A stretch of 64,000 nucleotides of DNA. Source: Octopus sinensis (Eukaryota). The notes beneath the pieces were generated by a model. That model saw only the letters and a program-made list of their open reading frames with translations, was not told the origin of the DNA and did no database searches. Below are positions 55,130 through 64,000 of the stretch, piece after piece. Every line of letters begins with the position of its first letter. Positions within the stretch are counted from its first letter, which is position 1. The position numbers were made by a program, and so were the translations under genes. Where the stretch lies: positions 15,810,001 through 15,874,000 of the forward strand of contig NC_043008.1 of NCBI RefSeq assembly GCF_006345805.1, in the 5' to 3' direction.

Positions 55130-55501
55130 AGCAATTAAACATTGTACATACAGATACACACACAAAAACACGTACACACATTCACGCACGCACGTGAGTA
55201 CTTACGCACAGTGACAATAATGCAAACAAACATACGCACACAAAGATACAAGTAAATATACAAAAACACACAGATATACATATGTATATATATATATATA
55301 TATGCACATATATATACGTATATATATATATATATGTATATATGTATATATATGCATATATATGTATATATATGTATATATATATATGTGTATATATATA
55401 TGTATATATATGTATATATATGTATATATATATATATATTCGCATTCAACTATATACGTATATATATATATGCATGTATATGTACGCATATAAGTATATA
55501 T

Positions 55502-55538
<37 letters not shown>

Positions 55539-55565
55539 TCGCATACAACTATATACGTATATATA
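55130..55565. repeat. Compound (CA)n/(TA)n field with a short direct duplication (ttcgcat.caactatatacgta twice)
   Basis: Direct reading. Confidence 0.85.
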
Positions 55566-55958
55566 TGAGACGTTGGGTAAAAATGCTCATTTATCATAAA
55601 ACGATAACACCAACAGGACAGCAAAATTAATGTAAATATTTAGAAATAAGTGAAGTGTTTCGTTTGGTACATCACACCACCAAGTATTTTGTAAACAGAA
55701 TATCCTTGACATAAGACATCGTTTATTTACTAAGCAATCATGAAATAGTATAGAGGAACACCCAAGATGGGAAGACCGTAAAATAATCACCGAACGCTAC
55801 AACATCAATGGCAGAAACTTTGATAGCATTATTGTTTAAAGTGTATATTAAACCTTACATACAAGATCGTGGAAGACGTTAGTTAACACGACCTTAGATT
55901 GTCTTTCCCAGAGATAGATAAACTGCAGAATATGTACACACACACACACATATATATA

Positions 55959-56116
55959 GTGACGTATATTTGCCATTGAAATATGGATAACCCCTAAGGG
56001 TGGATGCTACTGTAGTTTGTAACCCCAGCAGGCCACTGCCTCCAGCTGGAGGCTACAAACTACAGTAGCATCCACCCTTAGGGGTTAGCCATATTTCAAT
56101 GGCAAATATACGTCAC
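55959..56116. repeat. Near-perfect fold-back hairpin (~70-bp arms) abutting (TA)n
   Basis: gtgacgtatatttgccattgaaatatgg.taacccctaagggtggatgctactgtagtttgta mirrored on the right arm with one mismatch in the first 63 bp. Confidence 0.95.
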
Positions 56117-56170
56117 GATGTGTTGTAGCTACTGTTTATAACTCGCTCTGAGATTTATTATATATATATA

Positions 56171-56216
<46 letters not shown>

Positions 56217-56226
56217 ATATAAACAT

Positions 56227-56487
56227 ACAATCACGGAAGACGAAAGATATCCTCCCATCAGGATAATGCTCGGCCACATACAGCAACGATGACATTACAA
56301 ATGCTGGAGTAGCTTGAATGGGAAACGATGCCCCACCCACCATATTTGCTGAACATTAGCCCTTCTGATTATCAGTTCTTCCGCAGTCTTCAAAATCATT
56401 TCGACTGAAAAAATATGAATTCTGTAGACAAGGTCAGTACTGGAGGAGTATTTTTCCTCACGGACAAGTGAATTTTGGAAGAGGAGC
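56227..56487 (+). pseudogene. mariner transposase C-terminal relic
   Basis: HQDNARPHTA..WETMPHPPYLLNISPSDYQFFRSLQN..EYFSSRTSEFWKR, the degenerate HDNARPH / PHPPYSPDLAPSD motifs. Confidence 0.85.
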
Positions 56488-56875
56488 CTGGGCCTCAACT
56501 ATGCGAACCTGTTCTTTGGCTATGTTGAGGTCCAAATATTCTTAAATTTCACTGGTCCCACTCCCGAACTATATGGCCGTTATATTGACGACCTTATCGG
56601 TGCAACCCAACCTCACTCTCCCGCGAACATCTAAACTCCTACCTCTCTTTTGTCAAATATTTCCATCCTGCCCTCTACTTGTCCTGCACTATCTCTGACA
56701 CCTCTGTTTCCTTTCTTGACATTTCGGTCAGCTTTCTTCACTCCACTCGTACCACAGCCATCCACTATAAACACGCATACTCACACTCATACCTCAACTT
56801 CTTCTCCTCCCACCCTCAACACACCAAGCTTTGCATCCCATATTTCCAATTCCTCCGTCTACGTACCCTTTTTTA
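56488..56875 (+). pseudogene. Penelope-like element reverse transcriptase relic
   Basis: NYANLF..YGRYIDDL..SVSFLDI..YLNFFSSHP..TK..IPYFQFLRLR, typical Penelope RT palm and thumb motifs; one frameshift. Confidence 0.85.
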
Positions 56876-59069
56876 CCAAACTTGTATATCTTGTCCTTGC
56901 CTCTCCCTTTTCTATTGTCTCAGTAATCCTAATTTATTGAACCAGAAACAAAATTCCAAATTTCTTTCCCTACGAAATACAATTTTCATTCTGAAGAATA
57001 TAAACTTCACTTATACTCTGCTGTGACAAATTCTTTCTTTGATATATCTACTTCTTGTTTTAATTCTTGCTGACGCAGCACATAATTATTTCCCTGTGAC
57101 TATACAATATTTTACTTCACTTCCGTTCTTTACATAGAATTACCTACTTCAAATATAACAGTTGAGAAAAATTGCTCCGCCAAGCTGACTTAATTAAAAC
57201 TGGTTTATAGATACATGATGTAGAAGCCAATGGTTTTGATCCATTCAATGTACCGTTATAATGTGTCTATTTGATATCGACTGTGGACTATGGAATACTA
57301 GTTTTATTTGATATCAAAAATTGATGTCATTTTTAATATTACAACCTCACATTGCATAAACAATACTATACTTTTTATGTCGATAACATGATACTGCGCA
57401 ATAGAAATGATGTTGTGTATTGATATAACATCTATAAAGTAAAGAAATGCAGTGAATATGAATCTCGAAACATTTTGGAGGATTTGCAAAAATATATTTC
57501 CTTTAGCGCATCGACATGTCTATTCATATTGTGGGTACAATTCAGCCAAGTGCAGATCATAACGTTACAAGATAAACAATGGTATATATTTAGCTATATT
57601 TTCGAGACAGAAAACCAAATAGCAAATATACAGAGATTTCTTATCTATGACCAAGGGGCACGTATACTGTATGCTTTAATCTGTGTACATTACATTATCA
57701 AGGGGCCTGTTCTGTGTCATTGGCGAAATAAGAACTAAGGAACATTTAAGGGTAGACAAAATTAACTGTGGAAATTATTTTGTTATTGACGGTTTCCCTT
57801 TCACACACATATCTTTAAGCGAAGGCTAGCTCGATGTTGCTTTATTCGCATCCCAAGTGATTTGCGATCACATATGAGCAAAACTCGATTTCCTTCTTAT
57901 ATTTAGCATGAAGGATTTTTCTTTCTAGTTAATGAGAAATATTTTAGGAGTGTCTTCGGATATAATATTAAGCATTAATTTTAAATCATATTTCATGCTA
58001 TCATGATATCATTACATAATTGTGCAACGGAAATGTAAATTTTAAATATGAATATGTATTTCGTATTTCTTAGAGAAATATGATCTCATATCAAATTTGT
58101 TTTATCTATCTGAAAAATGTTTTCCACCATGGGACAAAATATTCTATTCTCTTCTCGCATACCCATTTTATTACAATGGTTTAGATTTGTTAATATCCAA
58201 CAGACAAGAGAAATGTTATAGACTGATGTGAGAGACAGGTTAATTTAGATTATCGGAAAAATGATCTTCGCTATATGCATTAAAGGAGAAAAAATATTCA
58301 GATACGAAAACTACATTTAGCATAGGAAAAATATAAACCATAAATAATGAACGTGAAAGCAACATAACGACGCTGGAGCCATTGCCACTATAACTAAAAC
58401 GCTTAGAAAAGAGTTAATAGGTTTTATGTTGTTTGAATAAAAGTAAGTACGTCAAAGGAAATCTTCTTAGAGACACAGCGATGAGAATAAAACGAGTATT
58501 CTCCTTTGTTTGTCTGTGATAAAAGAAAACTGTCTTCTTCCACATTCAGACAAGGTTGAAAGAAAGCATATCATACGAACCATTTTCATTTTTCCCCATT
58601 TATATATACAAGGAAGGAGAACATAAGTAAATGCTGTCTTTTCTGCTTGTTGTCGATATTCAATTACTGCTATTTATATTCTTCATAGAAGGAAATCTTG
58701 TTAGTGCTTACATATATGGTGGAGTCTTTGATATTCCGTTTCTAAACACAGGATAGGACTTAAACTAACAACGTCTTTTGATTGTCTTTTTGAAAGAGAG
58801 TTATTCATGCGACAAGGAAAAAAATGTAATGTCATTGTAATAGAGTGCTAGAAATCGTAAAACTATGTCTTCAGTTTTCACCCTTGTAAAATCATATAGC
58901 AGCCGCCCGAGATTATGTATGGGAAGAAATGTCCCAGAATATTGTAAGTTGAAGAAGTGTAGTTATAATGCAGATTAACATATCTGCATGTTTTAAAAGA
59001 AATAACGCTTCTGCTTGGTGTGATCATTATCAAATAGACCTACATGCTATACAAAACCATAATACTCAC

Positions 59070-59209
59070 AATGAACACAAAGGGTAATAGGGTGTTGGTT
59101 ATGATCTTACCCAAGATGGAGTTGCCGAGACGAATAAAATCATACGTTCATCAAGTTGGCCGATATGTTACGATTGTTATTCGCTTCCAAACATGGGAAG
59201 ATGGCACCT
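59070..59209 (-). other. Candidate non-coding (5' UTR-like) exon
   Basis: Acceptor ttgatttctcAG and donor GTGAGTATT bracket 140 nt with stops in all three frames; unique sequence. Confidence 0.15.
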
Positions 59210-59730
59210 CTGAGAAATCAACTGTACACTTTCAAAAAACATGAGCAACCTCATCAGAAATAATAACTGTAATAATGGATGCATTTAATTTTGGCAGGTA
59301 TAATACTCCAAACACCGCAATGAAGTATCCACGTGTTTCACGCATATCAAAGAATGTCGGTTCTTGATTTGAGCTGTATTTGGATTATAATGAAGTGGTG
59401 CTACATTGAATGACAAATTTATTCTCTCAAACCAGCCTTTCTACATCATAGGCAAGTCCAGACAACAAGAGATGTACTACGGATGCAGTAACAGCACTAT
59501 ATACGTGTTATTCTGAGAAAGTCTCTCATAACAGTATTCAAGGATATACCTTTTTTTATAAGTTGACATTTTGCTATTTTCGTTTCCTTCCACAGAGTCG
59601 ATCAGAAAGCTATTTCTACATACGTAGAGTGACAAGTCTTTAAATAATTTCACTGAAACTTTCCTGGTTACAACCAGCCTGATTTTGCTGCCACTCGATG
59701 TATTTTATTGATAAAGAGGTGATACACTGA

Positions 59731-59863
59731 CGTGAAGTTCTTGCCCGGTAGAAGGGAGTGGCACATAAACTCCCCTCAAAACAAAATTTCCTTCCAAAGG
59801 TTCTGTCCATAACTGACACCCTATAGCGATGTGTACATTTTTGGTGATTGCCTATTGGTAGAC
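59731..59863. repeat. ~135-bp repeat, inverted partner of 63022-63160
   Basis: cgtgaagttcttgcccggtagaagggagtggcacataaactcccctcaaaacaaaatttccttccaaagg.. is the reverse complement of 63022-63160. Confidence 0.9.
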
Positions 59864-62341
59864 ACCGTAATTTATCCGTAAATATCGAGTTATCTTTCAA
59901 TGCTGTTCGTCTGAAGACGGGAGATAAATTTAGTGACACAAAGGATGCTTTCCATTTGTAGTCACCTTCAAAGTTTTGCATGCGTGTTTGTTCCCGTTTA
60001 GTGAGAAGGAACGGCAATATATTATTGATATATATAAATAATGTAACGTTGTGTTTTGCAGGTGAAAAGAATTTGACGTGAATTTGTGGTGTCTCAATTA
60101 CTTATAGATAGCAGAAATTAAACATTGTTAGAGCTAAGTTTTGAGAAATATTACGACATGGGAAACTGGAACATATTTTAATAAATAAAGTATGGTTCAG
60201 TGGAAATGTATACATTGGGATCCCTAAGAGAAATAGTAGTTTTTCAAAATTGTCACAAGTACGTCTTAGATATGCAATTCTCATTTCCAGCCAGAATGCG
60301 TGATCCTCTATGGAAATCACTATAACAGATTATAACATCCACCACTGGGTCAGTTTTGCTGCCACACACAGACATTGTAGACTTCATTTGAATAAAGGAC
60401 TTACCCTAATAATTGGCATTAAGTCCTTTTCCAACAGTCTCTAAATTCTATATCAAAGTCATATGTTTCAAATTTCCTATTTCTACCGGTAATATGGTGT
60501 TCTCTGCGCTTCAGAGGTTGATGACCTCGTACCACCTATGTTCAGCTACTCACAGCTCCACCATTCCTCTTCTTCTTTTCATTCAAATTATGTTCACTAC
60601 CTTAGGTACCGCAAGAAAGAAACATATACATTGCTTCCTCTTCAGGATGCGAATTCTCTGGAAGCCTCTAACTACATTCTGTTCAGATTGAAGGACAAGT
60701 CGGTTGTCCGTTCCTTCATATTAATACAAAATAAATGCATTGGAGATCTTCAAAACGCTCCTCTATATCTGTGTTATAGATAAAATAAAAAAGAATTCCG
60801 TGTTAACGATATGAGCTGAGATGAACAAGAAATAAATTGGAATCATTTCCAAATTCACACACACACACACACAACACACACACACACATACATACACACA
60901 TACACACAAACACACACATGCACATACATATTCACGCATACACACACATATATATAATGTAAATATATATATAATGTTTATTACACACAGACACACACAC
61001 ATAGATTAACACCTAAAACGCCCTTACTAGAATCATTTGAAACCTACAACCTCAATGAAATCTCTATTATAGATACTTTGTTCAAAATATATCTAGTTTT
61101 ACGTGAATATATTATATCAAATCTAAATTTCAATACGGCCATGATGAAAAGTTATATATATGCGACATTCCGAAAGTGTAATATTGATGCAAATGAGAAA
61201 TGTTGGAATGAAAATCCAAAACAAGAACAAAACAGTAATACTGAAGAATGCGGCGATGACAATATAATAAATACAAAGGAATAATGGATTCTACTGAGTA
61301 GTCATAAACATCTTCTATATAAAAAACATATAATGAAACGGGGAGTTGATATCCGTTGCGTTTGTCAGGCCATTAAGCCACAGTTGTGAAATAGAATTCA
61401 TTAAAGAGAAAATAAAAATAGTACCATGGACATTATATGCTTCTACATGCAGAATATTATGAGCTCATAAAAAGAGAGTGTAAATCATTATATGAAGGAT
61501 ATATGAAGCTTTTTATTTATTTTCATTCGTTTCTCGGTGAAGCTTGGACATTTGTAAGATTCTTGAAAGTGTGTTAGCTTCGGAACTCAGTGATTATTAA
61601 TAGGAATAAAAATATTGGCAATGTAAACTGAAGCATAGCCACTCTTAGATTTTCATACACACAAATGTACACACGCGATTATATGTATATGCATTCGCAC
61701 AGCGAAATATTAATGGCATATTGAACTCATACGGAAATTATGAGGGAAAGTAAAGTGACGCAAAGTATGGATAAGTGGTTTTTAGACTAATCACGCTACA
61801 CAAGTAGAAACTATATATTACTAGAATTCGCTCTTACCGTATATTTAATACATTTTACTTGTGTCCACTTAAAGATAAAGCAAGTGTTTGCGATCACATT
61901 TAAGTCAAAGTTCATACAATGGGATGCAATTCCGGTAGGTACAAACAAAGAAAGAATCTGTTATAGTATAATGAAATATTAAATTGAATACTCTTCTAAT
62001 TTGCTCACTGCGGAAAACGTAAGCGCGAAACAATATTAAAAACACAATGTAGTTTCAATCTACGACCCATTGAATTATTTCTTCTTCATTTATTTCATTT
62101 TGCGTCAGTAATCCGACCTATAAAGCTATGAACATTACAAATCCGATTCGACGTACCTAAATCACAAACGAAGTTAAAAGGGATTTTGTACCTAGTCGAA
62201 AATAATCTAAAATAATTTCTTTGCGCTACACAGAAAGTACTTCGGATTTCATTTAGGGAGAATATGTGATAAAAGTATTGAAGACCGTTGAGATCGTGGC
62301 CTAGAAGTTTCTAGAATTAGTGTTGAGCTAGTTCTAGTTTT

Positions 62342-62576
62342 AAGGCGGCGAGCTGGCAGACACGTTAGCACGCCGGGTGAAATGCTTCGCAGTATTTCGT
62401 CTGCCCATACGTTCTGAGTTCAAATTCCGCCCGAGGTCGACTTTGCCTTTCATCCTTTTGGCCTCGATTAAATAAGTACCAGTTTTACACGCTGGAGTCG
62501 ATATAATCGACTTAATCCGTTCGTCAGTCCTTGTTTGTCCTCTCTGTGTTTAGCCCGCTGTGGGTAGTAAAGAAAT
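62342..62576 (+). mobile_element. SINE family B with 15-bp TSD
   Basis: TSD agctagttctagttt at 62326-62340 and 62577-62591. Confidence 0.92.
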
Positions 62577-63021
62577 AGCTAGTTCTAGTTTAACATTAAG
62601 AATATTGAAATTTGTCTTTTCGTCTTGTAGATGTTTAGGAGAGATTTAAAATTATGACATTTTGGATATCCGTAGATTCTACACGCAAAGTTGGTCTTAA
62701 TCGTTAATGCTGAGTACTACACATTTAAAACATTGGCAATGATATATAGAGGCCGATTCTCCTTTACATGTACTTCTATATTTACACCTGTCTCGAGCAT
62801 ATCCGTGATTCATACGAATATATTTAATGTAAAATACGTGAAATCTGAAGAGAAGTAGGTCAACAGTAATCTACATTTCGTCAATATAAGTATCAGCAAT
62901 CGTCTGTCGGTGAAAGATATATTATAATCTTGTAAGGATTTATGTAAGTCTTCGAAAGAGAACGATTTGTAATTGACTGAAGCTTACAAACAATACTTCC
63001 GGTGATGCGAACTACTAGGAA

Positions 63022-63160
63022 GTCTACCAATTAGGCATTCACCAAAAATGTACACATCGCTATAGGGTAGGGTGCCAGTTATGGACAGAACCTTTGGAAG
63101 GAAATTTTGTTTTGAGGGGAGTTTATGTGCCACTCCCTTCTACCGGGCAACAACTTCACG
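63022..63160. repeat. ~135-bp repeat, inverted partner of 59731-59863, next to (TA)n
   Basis: See 59731-59863. Confidence 0.9.
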
Positions 63161-63174
63161 ACCACCATGAATGA

Positions 63175-63245
<71 letters not shown>

Positions 63246-63601
63246 AGTGTATGTATATATGTGTGTGTATGTAAGCATATATGTATTTCCTAAACAAATT
63301 ATAGAAGTATTCACTCTCATTCATATAATACTATTTGTTGCTGTAACTCACTATCTAATATTTATTTACCATTTATGAACCATACTGAACCCATTACCCC
63401 TAGGTCAAGGTGTATACCAATATTAGTAATCAAATGATATTCAATCTGTTGAGATGTTTTAGAAATACTGGAATTTAATTCTTTGGGCAAAATTGAAACA
63501 GCTGTAAGAGGACACGTTGATATTTTGCACACCAGCGCCTATTATACTACTTGATCACTTCTTCATTAAGCTTTTCGAAAGGGAATTATAATTATTTAAA
63601 T

Positions 63602-63663
<62 letters not shown>

Positions 63664-64000
63664 TTCGCATAGGCTAAAATGAAACCATTTGCATAATTCC
63701 ATAATACCTATCTACTTGACAATCTTGTATGATATGAAGATAATATAAAATAGCACATGCCAAAGGAATGGAATTTAAAACAGGACAACAAAAAAAACTC
63801 ATAACGCTACATAAATGTAAAAGAAGAAATATGTGATAAATGATAAATTCTGTTCTAAGCAAATATTTCAAAATTTATGGAATTCATAAAAATAAAAAAA
63901 TGTGTAAAATATAATATAGTGTACATAAGAAATAATTTTTAAAATAAATATGCAGAAGAAATAATATGTTAAACAATAATGATAAAATGAAAGTCGTTTC

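Noticed and set aside
59590-60100. Strong plus-strand acceptor-like sites (ttccacAG ~59595, ttttgcAG ~60061)
   Set aside because: Followed by stops in all frames and no matching donors; cannot be told from chance without RNA data

Overview
AT-rich, microsatellite-dense eukaryotic DNA. The SINE families and compound (TA)n/(TATC)n/(AAT)n arrays look like those of Octopus (coleoid cephalopod); this is inferred from recognising the repeats, not verified. I find no confidently recognisable host protein-coding gene, so the window reads as a large intron or gene desert. Most listed ORFs are microsatellite translation artefacts. Supportable content: about 20 copies of three tRNA-type SINE families; a decayed autonomous Helitron (RepHel, minus strand, 21.9-25.0 kb) plus a complete 395-bp non-autonomous Helitron with the same 3' end; an R4/Dong-type RLE LINE relic (37.1-38.9 kb); RTE, CR1/L2-like, mariner and Penelope-like fragments. 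The most interesting signals are: (i) a Penelope-type minimal hammerhead ribozyme motif with an intact catalytic core at 35,126-35,153 (minus); (ii) a recurring set of fold-back hairpins, most anchored on (TA)n tracts, including a ~1.2-kb palindrome at 42.06-43.24 kb; (iii) a dimeric SINE bounded by one 19-bp target-site duplication; (iv) weak candidate minus-strand signal-peptide exons.
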